Positions 49,575 through 59,409 of a DNA stretch of 64,000 nucleotides are shown piece by piece. The first letter of the stretch is position 1. The number at the start of each line of letters is the position of its first letter. A model generated the notes under the pieces. The model saw only the letters and a list, made by a program, of their open reading frames with translations. It was not told where the DNA came from and ran no database searches. The DNA is taken from NCBI GenBank assembly GCA_965261005.1, contig OZ253376.1:64001-128000 (forward strand), written 5' to 3'. The DNA comes from Deinococcus sp. (lineage in GTDB: Bacteria; Deinococcota; Deinococci; Deinococcales; Deinococcaceae). A program made the position numbers and the translations under genes.

Positions 49575-50754
49575 ATGAAAAAGAACGGACAGATCACCTT
49601 GACTGCCCTCACCGTCGCGCTCGGCCTGAGCGCTCTCACCGCCGCGGGGGCGCAGGGCGGCGGCGCCGTCAAGATCGGCCTGATCATGCCCACCTCCGGC
49701 GTCTACGCCCAGCTCGGCGAGGAGGGCGCCAAGGGCTTCGATCTGTACATGAACACGGTCGGCGGCAAGGTCGCCGGCAAGACCTTGCAGGTGATTCGCG
49801 AAGACGAGGAGGCCGATCCCGCCGTGGCCGTGCGCAAGGCCAACAAGCTGCTCAACGGCGACAAGGTGGACATTCTGGCTGGGGTTGTGCTGGCGCCCAG
49901 CGCCTACGCCCTGTCCCCCATCGCGGCGGCGGCCAAGACCCCGCTGATCGTGTTCAACGCCGCCGGCAACGCCCTGACGCGCGACAAAAAGAGTCCCTAC
50001 GTCTTTCGCACCTCCGGCAGCTCGTGGCAGTACAACAACCCCTTTGGCACCTACGTCGCCAACAAAGTCAGCAAGAACGTATTTCTAATCGGGGCCGACT
50101 ACGGCTTCGGGCGGGAGTTCATCGCGGACTTCAAGTCCGCCTTCACCGCCGCCGGGGGCAAGGTCGCCGGGGAAGTCTACACGCCGCTCGGCAACAGCGA
50201 CTTCAGCCCCTACCTGGCGCGCATCGCCGCCGCCAAACCGGGCGCGGTCTACGCCGTGCTCGCCGGCCGGCGACGCCGTGCTGTTCCTCAAGCAGTTCGC
50301 GCAGTTCGGCCTCAACAAGAGCGTCAAGCTGGCCGTGTTCGGAGACATGGTGGACGAGAAGTTCATCAACGCGGTGGGCGACAGCACCATTGGCGCGATC
50401 AGCGCCCTGTCCTGGGCGCAGGACGTGCCCGGCGCGCAGAACAAGCTGTTCGTGGACAGCTACCAAGCGAAGTACAACGTGCTGCCCGGCGTGTACGCCG
50501 AGCGCGGCTGGGACCTGGCCCGCACCATCGTGGAGGCCCTCAAGAAGACCAAGGGGAACGTTGCCGACACCCAGGCGCTGCTCGCGGCCATTCGCGGCGT
50601 CAACTTCCCGTCGCCGCGCGGCCCCTTCCGCTTCGATCCGGTCACGCAGAACGTCATCAACCCGATGTACGTCCGCGAGGTCGTCAAGGGACCGGACGGC
50701 CTCTACAACAAAACCGTGGTCAAGCTGGGCAACTTCCAGGACCCCGGCAAGTGA
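49575..50754 (+). pseudogene. LivJ-type ABC substrate-binding protein, +1 frameshift near 50268
   Basis: ...VYAVLAG continues as GDAVLFLKQF in another frame (GCC GGC C GGC GAC); either a lesion or a sequencing error. Confidence 0.8.
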
Positions 50755-50796
50755 CGCGGGCGGGCGAAGTCCTGCCCGCTTTGCCTGAGGAGTGAT

Positions 50797-51663
50797 ATGC
50801 AGCTCGCCCTGTTTCAACTCGTGAACAGCCTCTCCTTCGGCATGCTGCTGTTCTTGCTCTCCGCCGGGTTCTCGCTGATCTTCGGCGTGGCCAAGGTGGC
50901 GAATCTCGCGCACGGCGCCTTTTACGTGCTGAGCGCCTACATCGGCTACAGCGTGGCCCAACTGAGCGGCAACTTCTGGCTGGGCGTGCTGCTCGCCACG
51001 CTCGCCGGGGCGGTGCTGGGCGTGCTGCTGGACCGGCTGCTGCTTTCACGGCTGCACGGCCACGAGCTGCGCCAAGTGCTGCTGACGTTGGGCCTCGCCT
51101 TTGTGATCTCCGACGTCATCCGCACCGTCTGGGGCACCGGCGTGAAGAGCGTGTCGCCGCCCGCGCCCTTTGACGGCCCCATCACCATCGGCGGGCTGTT
51201 CTTTCCGAGCTATCCCTTCGTGGTAATCGCGCTGGGCGTGATCGTCTTTTTGGCGATGCGCTGGATTCTGCGCGGCACCTTGGCCGGCGCAAAAATTCGG
51301 GCGGTCACGGCCGACCCGCAGATGAGCGGCACCCTGGGCCTGTCGGTGCCGCGCGTCTCCATGCTGACCTTCGCGGCGGGCATCGGCCTGGCCGGCTTCG
51401 GGGGCGCGGTGGGCAGCCCGCAACTGGCCCTGACGCCCCAACTGGACAGCAGCCTGACGCTGTTCGCGCTGATCGTGGTGGTGATCGGGGGGCTGGGCAG
51501 CATCGAGGGCGCCTTTTTGGCGGCGATTCTGGTCGGCTTGGTCAACGGCTTCGGGGCGGTGTACTTTCCGGCACTGGCGCAGATCGCGGTGTTCGGGCTG
51601 ATGATCCTGGTGATTGCGGTGCGTCCCCAGGGCTTGCTGGGCCGCCGCTTGGGGAACGCGTGA
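50797..51663 (+). CDS. livH: branched-chain-type ABC permease
   Basis: GFSLIFG...NLAHG, VVIGGLGS, RPQGLLG. Confidence 0.9.
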   Translation: MQLALFQLVNSLSFGMLLFLLSAGFSLIFGVAKVANLAHGAFYVLSAYIGYSVAQLSGNFWLGVLLATLAGAVLGVLLDRLLLSRLHGHELRQVLLTLGLAFVISDVIRTVWGTGVKSVSPPAPFDGPITIGGLFFPSYPFVVIALGVIVFLAMRWILRGTLAGAKIRAVTADPQMSGTLGLSVPRVSMLTFAAGIGLAGFGGAVGSPQLALTPQLDSSLTLFALIVVVIGGLGSIEGAFLAAILVGLVNGFGAVYFPALAQIAVFGLMILVIAVRPQGLLGRRLGNA

Positions 51664-52595
51664 CCACGGGAACCGAGACCAAGGCGGGGTCTGCGCCGAG
51701 GCCGCTGCTGCCCCGCGCCGCGCTGATCGTGGGGGTGGCCGCCCTGCTGGTCATTCCCCTGCTGCTGGGCGGCTATCCCCTCTACCTCGCCACCGAGGCG
51801 CTGTGCTGGGCCATCGCCGCCGCCGCCCTCGACCTGTTGATCGGCTACCTGGGCCTGACGCCACTGGGCCACATCGCCATGTGGGGGCTGGGCGGCTATA
51901 CGGCGGCGCTGCTGACCCGCGCGGGCGTGCCGCTGGCGCTGGTGCTGCCGGCGGCGGCGCTGCTCGCCACGGTCTACTCGGTGCTGACCGCGCCGCTGGC
52001 GCTGCGGGCGGGGGGCATCTTTTTCCTGATGATCACGCTCGCCTTCGCCCAGATGCTTCAGGTGGGCATCGAGAAGTGGGGCGCCCTGACGGGGGGCGCG
52101 GACGGGCTGACCTTCAAGTCCGGCCTGAGCAACCCGGCGCTGTACCTGATCACGCTCGGGGCGCTCACGCTCACGCTGCTGTTCCTGACGCGGCTGGTCA
52201 AATCGCCCTTCGGCCGGGTGCTGGAGGCGATCCGGCAAAACGAGGGGCGCGCCCGCGCGCTGGGCTACCCGGTGTTCGCCTACAAGTACGGCGCGGTGCT
52301 GATCAGTTCGGCCCTGATCGGCTTGGCCGGGGCGCTGGGGGCCTACCACCGGGGCATCGTCGCGCCGAGCGACTTGTTCTGGCTTCAAAGCGCCATTTTG
52401 CTGATCATGGTGCTGTTGGGCGGCGCCCGCTCGCTGTGGGGGCCGGTGATCGGCGCGGTGCTGTACACCGTCTTTCAGGCCCTGGTCAGCTCGCAGACCA
52501 ATTTGTGGATCGGCTTGGTCGGCTTGCTGCTGATCGCGCTGGTGCTGAGCGGCCGGGGCGGTCTGTGGACGCTGCTTCGGCGGGGACGGGCGTGA
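51660..52595 (+). CDS. livM: branched-chain-type ABC permease
   Basis: LTGGADG, SPFGRVLEAIRQNE, MVLLGG. Confidence 0.9.
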   Translation: MTTGTETKAGSAPRPLLPRAALIVGVAALLVIPLLLGGYPLYLATEALCWAIAAAALDLLIGYLGLTPLGHIAMWGLGGYTAALLTRAGVPLALVLPAAALLATVYSVLTAPLALRAGGIFFLMITLAFAQMLQVGIEKWGALTGGADGLTFKSGLSNPALYLITLGALTLTLLFLTRLVKSPFGRVLEAIRQNEGRARALGYPVFAYKYGAVLISSALIGLAGALGAYHRGIVAPSDLFWLQSAILLIMVLLGGARSLWGPVIGAVLYTVFQALVSSQTNLWIGLVGLLLIALVLSGRGGLWTLLRRGRA

Positions 52596-54088
52596 GCGCG
52601 CTCAGCCGGCCCGGTTTGGCCCTCGGCGTGCGGGGGGTCACCCGGCGCTTCGGCGGCGTCACGGCCCTGAAGGAGGTCACCCTGGAGGTGCCGCCCGGCG
52701 CCCGTCACGCCGTCATCGGCCCCAACGGCGCGGGCAAGAGCACCCTTTTCCGGGTGGTCAGCGGCGAGTACCCGCCCAGCGAGGGCGCGGTCAGCCTGGA
52801 CGGCCGCGACGTGAACGGCTTGCCGCCCAACCGGGTGGCGGCGCTGGGCGTGGCGCGCTCGTTTCAGACCAGCAGCCTGTTCACGGAGGACACGCTGCGC
52901 GAAAACGTGCTGCTGGCCGTGATGGCGCACACCCGCGCCCGCCGCGACGTGTGGCGGCCCCTCTCGGCGCACCGGGACGCGGCCAGGTTGGCCGACGCCG
53001 CGCTGGAGCGCATGGGCCTGCTGGACCAAGCGCACGTCCGCGCCGCCGCCCTTTCGCACGGGGAAAAGCGGCAGCTCGAACTGGCAATGGTGCTGGCCCA
53101 GGAACCCCGCCTGCTGCTGCTCGACGAACCGCTGGCGGGTCTCAGCGCCTTCGAGCGCGAGCGCGTGATGAGCTTGATCCAAAACTTGCCGCGCAACCTC
53201 ACCACCGTGCTGATCGAACACGACCTGCCGTTCTGCCTGGCCTTTGCCGACCGGGTGACGGTGCTGAGCAACGGCGAGCGGCTCGCCAGCGGGACGCCCG
53301 ACGAGATTCGCGCGAATGAGGCGGTGCAGGCGGTCTACGTCGGCTCGGCGCTGGAACGGCAGGGGCGCGAGGTCGCGGGGGAGGCGCTGGCCCGGCCGCC
53401 CGTGCTGACCGTGGACCACCTCAAGGCCGGCTACGGCGGCGCGACCGCCCTGGAGGACGTCTCACTGGTCGTGCGCCCCGGCGAGGTCGTGGCGGTGCTG
53501 GGCCGCAACGGCATGGGCAAGACCACGCTGCTCACGACCCTGATGGGCTGGCGCAAGCTGACCGGCGGCAGCGTCACCTTGCAGGGGCAGGACGTGACCG
53601 GTTTGCCGCCCGCCAAGCTGTCGGCGCGCGGCCTCGCCCTCGTTCCGCAGGGGCGCCGCGTGCTGGCCGAGCTGACCGTGGACGAGGAGCTGCGCCTGTC
53701 GGCCCGGCCCGGCAAGTGGACCCTGACGCGGGTCTACGAAACCTTCCCGCGCCTGCTGGAAAGAAAAAACAGCCTCAGCACCACCCTCTCGGGCGGCGAG
53801 CAGCAGATGGTCGCCATCGGGCGCGCCCTGCTGCAAAACCCCCGCGTGATGCTGCTCGACGAACCCACCGAGGGCCTGTCCCCGCTGCTGGTGACAGTCG
53901 TGCGCGACGTGCTGCTGGCCCTGCGGGAAAGCGGCGAGACCATCCTGCTCGCCGAGCAGAACCTCGACCTGGCGCTGGCAGTGGCCGACCGCGTGTACGT
54001 GCTGGATCACGGCGCCGTCGCCTTTGATGGCGACGCCGCGCACCTGGCGGAGAACCGGCCCCTGGTGCGGGAGCTGATGGGGGTGTGA
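52592..54088 (+). CDS. fused LivG-LivF double ABC ATPase
   Basis: Two Walker A motifs (GPNGAGKS, GRNGMGKT); LSHGE and LSGGE; two LLDEP. Confidence 0.9.
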   Translation: MSALSRPGLALGVRGVTRRFGGVTALKEVTLEVPPGARHAVIGPNGAGKSTLFRVVSGEYPPSEGAVSLDGRDVNGLPPNRVAALGVARSFQTSSLFTEDTLRENVLLAVMAHTRARRDVWRPLSAHRDAARLADAALERMGLLDQAHVRAAALSHGEKRQLELAMVLAQEPRLLLLDEPLAGLSAFERERVMSLIQNLPRNLTTVLIEHDLPFCLAFADRVTVLSNGERLASGTPDEIRANEAVQAVYVGSALERQGREVAGEALARPPVLTVDHLKAGYGGATALEDVSLVVRPGEVVAVLGRNGMGKTTLLTTLMGWRKLTGGSVTLQGQDVTGLPPAKLSARGLALVPQGRRVLAELTVDEELRLSARPGKWTLTRVYETFPRLLERKNSLSTTLSGGEQQMVAIGRALLQNPRVMLLDEPTEGLSPLLVTVVRDVLLALRESGETILLAEQNLDLALAVADRVYVLDHGAVAFDGDAAHLAENRPLVRELMGV

Positions 54089-54147
54089 GGGCGGAGGATT
54101 GCCGCGTCCAACAACTTGCCACACGCCATTGCGCTCACAGGAGATAT

Positions 54148-55764
54148 ATGAAAAAGACCAGAACAACAGGCGTCCGTTGGTATTCGTGCAGCGTCCTGCT
54201 TCTTGGTGCGCTCAGCCTCAGCGCCTGTACGCAGACGACGGCCACCACCCCGGTGGACGGGGCCGTGACCGAGAACGTCCTTTCGGCGGGCGGCGCGCTG
54301 CTGGGCAATCCCCGCGACGCCAGCGGCGTGCTGAGTTTCAAGGGCATTCCCTACGCCGCGCCGCCCGTGGGCGACCTGCGCTGAAAAGCGCCCCAGCCCG
54401 CCGCGAGGTGGAGCGGCGTCAGGGCGGCGCAAAACTACGGCAACAAATGCTGGGAATTCTCGCCCAACGTCAGCCTGGACGCCCCAAACGGCCACAGCGA
54501 GGACTGCTTGTTTCTGAACGTCTGGACCGGGGCCGAAACGGTGAGCGAGAAACGGCCCGTGATGGTGTGGATTCACGGCGGCGGCTTGCAGTTTGGCACG
54601 TCCGGCGATCCCCGCTGGGAGGGAGCCAAGCTGGCCCAGAAGGGCGTCGTGGTGGTCTCGCTCAACTACCGGCTGGGCATCTTCGGCTTCTTTTCCCACC
54701 CCGAACTCAACGCCGACTCAGGCGGAAAGTCGTCGGGCAACTATGGCCTGCGCGACCAACTGGCCGCCCTGGGTTGGGTCAAGGCCAACATCGCGGCCTT
54801 TGGCGGTGATCCGAACAACATCACGGTCTTCGGCGAGTCGGCGGGCGCCCACGCCATCGGCCTGCTCACCACCGCGCCCCAAGCCGCAGGCCATTTCGAC
54901 AAGGTGATCGCCGAGAGCGGCGCTTTCTTTGAGAGCGAGTTCGGGCCGGTGCCTTCCCGCGCCGAAGCCGAGCAGCAGGGGGTGAAGTTCGCCGCCAGGC
55001 TGGGGGCCGCCGGCCTCGCGGAACTGCGGGCGGTTCCTGAGCGGACGCTCGCCCAAGCGGCGGCCAGCACCCCTGGGGCGCCGTTCAGCGCCAGCATTGA
55101 CGGCGACCTGCTGCCAGGCGATCCCTACGTGCGCTACCTGCAAGGCCAGCAGATCGACGTGCCGACCCTTTCCGGCCAGAACCTGCTGGAAGGGGTTATC
55201 TTCGCGCCGCGCGCTTTGCCCAGCGCTACCCCGCAAGCTTTCATTGACGCGGCGACCCGGGTGTTTGGCGCGGCCAACATCGGCACCTTTCTGAAGTACT
55301 ATCCGGCCAGCACCGCCGAGGAAGCCAAAACGTCCTCGGTTCGGCTGATCGGCGACCTGATCATCGGCAATCAGACTTGGGCCTGGCAGGTGGCTCAGAA
55401 AAGAACCGGCAAGTCGCCGGTGTACGGCTACTTCTTTAACCAGTCCTCGGCCTATACCCCCGCGCCGATTCACGTCTCGGAAGTGCCTTACGTCTTCCAG
55501 AATCTGCTGCCCAAAACCAACCTCCCGGCCCCCAGCGACCAGGACGCGGCGCTGTCCAACATTATCGCGACCTACTGGACCAACTTCGCCAAGACGGGCA
55601 ACCCCAACGGCGCCGGCCTCCCGAGTTGGCCGGAATACAGCGGCGCGGGCGGTCAGGTGATGGCCCTGGGCACGACCGTCGCGCCCATCACCGAACCGTA
55701 TACCGAGCGCTTCACCTTCCTCAACAGCTTCAGAACCGATGGCGTGCTGAAGATCCACTTTTAG
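54148..55764 (+). pseudogene. type-B carboxylesterase lipoprotein with an in-frame TGA at 54382-54384
   Basis: FKGIPYAAPPVGDLR*KAP (canonical LRW), SEDCLFLNVW, FGESAG; both parts in the same frame. Confidence 0.85.
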
Positions 55765-55795
55765 CTCGCTCACCGGAGCAACCACGCAAAATCCG

Positions 55796-55832
55796 CCGGA
55801 AAGGTTATCAATTTCGTTGACAACCTTTCCGG
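55796..55832. terminator. 16-bp stem hairpin between convergent transcripts
   Basis: CCGGAAAGGTTATCAA-TTTCG-TTGACAACCTTTCCGG (one mismatch). Confidence 0.65.
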
Positions 55833-55983
55833 AATTCGCTTTACATTACGCCGGCGTCGCCCGCAGCCCTGGACACGACCAGCAAGGGCCGGGTCTCATA
55901 GCCGCTCGGCCGCTCCTGAAGCGCCCATTCTCGCTCTGGGCGCGGCGGAGGTAGCGGACGCCGTTCCCGCTCCTCGCGCGTGG

Positions 55984-56154
55984 TCACATCACGCCCGCGT
56001 CGCCGGGGCCGCGTCCCTGGGTGGTGACGCCGGACTTGCCCACACTCATCACACCCGCGTCGCCGGCGCCACGGCCGGCCAGGGCGCTCGACGCGGCGCC
56101 GACGAAAAGGCTCAAAACCAAGGCCAACACTTTCGCGTACCGTTTGCTTTGCAT
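55984..56154 (-). CDS. 56-aa secreted propeptide with two GRGxGDAGVM repeats (candidate signalling-peptide precursor)
   Basis: MQSKRYAKVLALVLSLFVGAASSALA|GRGAGDAGVM-SVGKSGVTTQ-GRGPGDAGVM*; TACTCT-N6-ATG leaderless-type start. Confidence 0.8.
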   Translation of the reverse strand: MQSKRYAKVLALVLSLFVGAASSALAGRGAGDAGVMSVGKSGVTTQGRGPGDAGVM

Positions 56155-56200
56155 GTGGTAAGAGTAAAGGCATGAACTGCGAACGGGTGTTGGGAGCGCC

Positions 56201-58081
56201 GTGAGTGAGCTTTGCGCCGCCTTTGAGGCGGGTCGGTACACAGACGTCATCATGACCTTGCAAGGCCGCCCACCGCAGGAGATACATGAGTTTACGCTGC
56301 TTGGCTTGGCCCTGCTGCGCACCGGGCGCTTTTCCGAGGCCGAGACGCCCCTCACCCAGGCGGCCGTGCTGGGCGACCCCGAGGCCCAGGTGGAGTTGGG
56401 CAACCTGCTGCGCCTGATGGGCCGCTTCGGGGAGGCGACCGCGCACTTGGAGACTATCAGCGAGAACCTGACAGGAGAATTACAGCTGCGCTGTCTGCGT
56501 TGGTGGGGCGTGGCCGAGTTTCAGGGCGGCCAGACGGAGGCGGGCCTGAAGCGCTGCGAGCGCGCTTGGTACGGCTATATGGCCCTGGGAGACGCCGAGC
56601 TGACCGCGCGGGTCACCCAGTCGCTGGCCTGGCTGCACGACCAAAGCGGCAACTCTGCGCGCGCCAAGCAGCTGTACGCCGAGGCCATTCGCGCCCTGCC
56701 GACGCACCCGGTCCCGCTGCCGCGCCTCGCGGCGCTGACCAACCTGCTGGACTTGCATTTGCAAAGCGGCGACATTGTGGCCGCGCGCGAGACGCTCCTA
56801 GAAGCCGAGCAAACGCTGGGTACTTTCAACGCGCCCCGTCAGAGGGCGCTGCTGCTCGGCTCTAAGGCAGAGTTGCTCCGTCTGACCGGTGACTTCGAGG
56901 GGTACGCCGCGACGCTGGACACCCTCACTTCCCAAGCGGACGAATTGGGCGACCACCTTTTGCGGGTATGGGTCACGTCGCGGCGCGCGGAGCACTTCAG
57001 CTTGTACGGCCAGCACGGGACGGCGCTGGCGGAACTGCACGGCTACGGCAGCGCGACCACTTGGCCGGCCGAGTTGTGGGCCACCAGCGGCGTGCTGGCG
57101 CGGCGGCGCGGCGACCTTTCGGCGGCGCTGACGGACCTCGATTGGGCCGTGCGCGACTTTCGCGGGGCCGGGCGCGTGCCCGAGCTGATTCGCGCCCAAC
57201 TGCACTTCGCGGCGGCGGCCCACGCGGCGGGGCACGAGGCGACCGCCGCCCGGGCGCTCAAGGAGGCGCTGAGCCAGATGCTCAGCTCGCGCCAGCAGGC
57301 CGCCTTTCGCCCCGACTTGGAGGAATTGCGCGAGCTGCTGCACTACGCCCTCTTGGAGCCGGACCTGGCCCCCTACTTGGAGCCGGTCCTGGACGGGCTG
57401 GCCGCGCTCGCCGGCGCGCCGCGCCTACCCGAGGACGGCGCCATGCACTTGCAACTGAGCACCCTCGGCCGCGCGCGGGTGCTGAGGGACGGCGCGCCCG
57501 TCGCCTTCGAGTTGCGCGGCGCGGCGCTGCTGCTGGTCTACCTGGCGCTGCACCCCGGGCGCACCCGCGCCGAGATTCAGCTGGAACTGTATCCCGAAAA
57601 AGACGGCACGGCCGGCGCCAACTACATCCGGGCGGCCATTCACGAACTGCGCCAAAAGCTGGGACCGGAGGTCATCGCCTTCGAGGGACCGCACAACGCG
57701 CCCCTCTACCGGCTTGGCCGCCTCGTTGAGGTGGACCTCGACTTGACGCACCTGCACGACGCCCTCGACCGGGGGGAGCTGGCGCGGGCGCTGGCCCTTT
57801 ACCGCGGCCCCTTTTTGCCGGGGCTGGAGGACTCGGAGTGGGCGCGTCACAAGCGCGAGGAGGCGCAGTTGGCGCTGACCTTCGAGCTGCGCGGCCAGAT
57901 GGCGCGCTTTGAGGCTGAGGGCGACTTGCGGCGGGTGGTGCTGCTGGCCAACCAACTGCTGCGCGCCGACCCCCACGACCGCGAGGTGCTGGAGGCGCGC
58001 GTGGAGGCGGCCCGCGCGGTGGCCGCACCCTCTGAACTGGCCCGCTACGTCGCCGAGCTGCGCAGGTACGACCACAACTGA
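56201..58081 (+). CDS. TPR-repeat regulator with C-terminal wHTH/BTAD (SARP-like) module
   Basis: N-terminal TPR-like helices (LGLALLRTGRFSEA, LGNLLRLMGRFGEA); C-terminal LSTLGRARV, LLVYLALHP, ALALYRGPFLP. Confidence 0.85.
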   Translation: MSELCAAFEAGRYTDVIMTLQGRPPQEIHEFTLLGLALLRTGRFSEAETPLTQAAVLGDPEAQVELGNLLRLMGRFGEATAHLETISENLTGELQLRCLRWWGVAEFQGGQTEAGLKRCERAWYGYMALGDAELTARVTQSLAWLHDQSGNSARAKQLYAEAIRALPTHPVPLPRLAALTNLLDLHLQSGDIVAARETLLEAEQTLGTFNAPRQRALLLGSKAELLRLTGDFEGYAATLDTLTSQADELGDHLLRVWVTSRRAEHFSLYGQHGTALAELHGYGSATTWPAELWATSGVLARRRGDLSAALTDLDWAVRDFRGAGRVPELIRAQLHFAAAAHAAGHEATAARALKEALSQMLSSRQQAAFRPDLEELRELLHYALLEPDLAPYLEPVLDGLAALAGAPRLPEDGAMHLQLSTLGRARVLRDGAPVAFELRGAALLLVYLALHPGRTRAEIQLELYPEKDGTAGANYIRAAIHELRQKLGPEVIAFEGPHNAPLYRLGRLVEVDLDLTHLHDALDRGELARALALYRGPFLPGLEDSEWARHKREEAQLALTFELRGQMARFEAEGDLRRVVLLANQLLRADPHDREVLEARVEAARAVAAPSELARYVAELRRYDHN

Positions 58082-58101
58082 GCCGGCCCCAGCCACAAGA
58101 A

Positions 58102-58128
58102 GGGCGCTCACCCCAGGGGTGAGCGCCC
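58102..58128 (+). terminator. intrinsic terminator-like hairpin
   Basis: GGGCGCTCACCCC-A-GGGGTGAGCGCCC followed by ATTT. Confidence 0.75.
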
Positions 58129-58294
58129 ATTTCATGTAAGAAAGCTGTGAGAAAACCAAAGGCAATTTAAGTATTGTTGAAGGGGAGGACGTCCAAGGCG
58201 ACCGGTCCTCGCCGCCCCACACCGCCAGGCAGAACGCTTTCAAAGTTAACCGCCGCCCCATCTCCTGCAAGCCTCCTGATAAGAAGGAACGCCC

Positions 58295-59407
58295 ATGAAA
58301 CATCTCCTGCTCGCGGCGGCGCTGCTCGCCGGCGCCGCCACCGCCGCACCCCTCAAGCTGGGCATCGCGCTGCCGCGCACCGGCGACCTCAGCCCCGTCG
58401 GGCTGGAGGAGCTGACCGCCGTGGTGGTCGCGCTCAACTACTTCAACGCCACCAGCCCCACCAAGCTGGAGCCGGTGTACGTGGACGTAAGTTCGGACCC
58501 GGCCGACGCCGCCGCGCAGCTGATCCGCTTGGCGCGCCAAAACGTGATCGGCATCGTGGGGCCGACCAGCGACGACCAAGCCAACGCCGCCGCCAAAATC
58601 GCGGAAAAGTTCGGCGTGCCGCTGCTGGCCTTGGCGACCTCGGGCAAGGCGACCCAGGCGGCCTCGTTCGCCGGACGCATCTCCAGTTCACCCGCGCTGG
58701 TGCTGGGCGCGGCGGCGCGGGCCGCCCTAAAGGCGGCGCCAGGCAAGCTGCTGATCAGCGCGCCGGGCGCGGACGACGCCGGGGCGCTCGCCCTTTTGGG
58801 GGTGCTCGACAAAAATACGGCCGCCGTGCTGACGCGCGCCAACAACGTGGAGGCCAGCGCGCGTCAGGTGGTGGCGGCCAAACCCAGCGTGGTCGCCGTG
58901 ACCGGGCCGCTCGTCGAGGCCGCCCCCTTTGTCAAAGCCCTGCGGCGCGCCGGCTACAACGGCGTTCTGGTGGGCGGCCTTCAGTTCAACAGCCCAGCCG
59001 TGTTCGCCGCCTGCGGCTTCAGCTGCGCCGGCATGTTCGTGGGCACCCAGTACAAGCCCGACGGGAGCAACGTCGCCGCCAGCGTGTTCGCGCAGTATTA
59101 CCAAGGCCAATTCCGCACGGCGCCCAGCCAGCGCGCCGCCCAGGCGTTCACCGCCGTGCAGGCTTTTTTCACCGCCGTCGGGCGCAGCGAGGCGTCGCTG
59201 GGCAAGCCGCTCAGCGGCCTCAAGCTCGACCTCGCGCGCCAACTGATCAACGCCACCTTGCAGGGGGAGGGACAGCCCTTTGACAGCCCGCTGGGGCGGG
59301 TCAGCTTCAACGTCCGGGGCGACCTGATTCAAAAGAGCGCCTACGCCACGCGGGTCAAGATGACCGACGCCAGCCACGGCGTCTTCACGTACACCGGGGG
59401 AAACTGA
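58295..59407 (+). CDS. LivJ-like periplasmic binding protein
   Basis: Signal peptide; LKLGIALPRTG, IVGPTS, FDSPLGRVSF. Confidence 0.82.
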   Translation: MKHLLLAAALLAGAATAAPLKLGIALPRTGDLSPVGLEELTAVVVALNYFNATSPTKLEPVYVDVSSDPADAAAQLIRLARQNVIGIVGPTSDDQANAAAKIAEKFGVPLLALATSGKATQAASFAGRISSSPALVLGAAARAALKAAPGKLLISAPGADDAGALALLGVLDKNTAAVLTRANNVEASARQVVAAKPSVVAVTGPLVEAAPFVKALRRAGYNGVLVGGLQFNSPAVFAACGFSCAGMFVGTQYKPDGSNVAASVFAQYYQGQFRTAPSQRAAQAFTAVQAFFTAVGRSEASLGKPLSGLKLDLARQLINATLQGEGQPFDSPLGRVSFNVRGDLIQKSAYATRVKMTDASHGVFTYTGGN

Positions 59408-59409
59408 CC

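Noticed and set aside
54382..54384. TGA as selenocysteine or recoded Trp
   Set aside because: The position is a conserved Trp, TGA is a normal stop throughout the window, and no SECIS-like element is evident; a nonsense change or error is simpler.
55841..56446. 201-aa and 139-aa minus-strand ORFs overlapping the TPR gene
   Set aside because: Upstream extensions are antisense to the regulator; the credible gene is the 56-aa ORF from ATG 56154.
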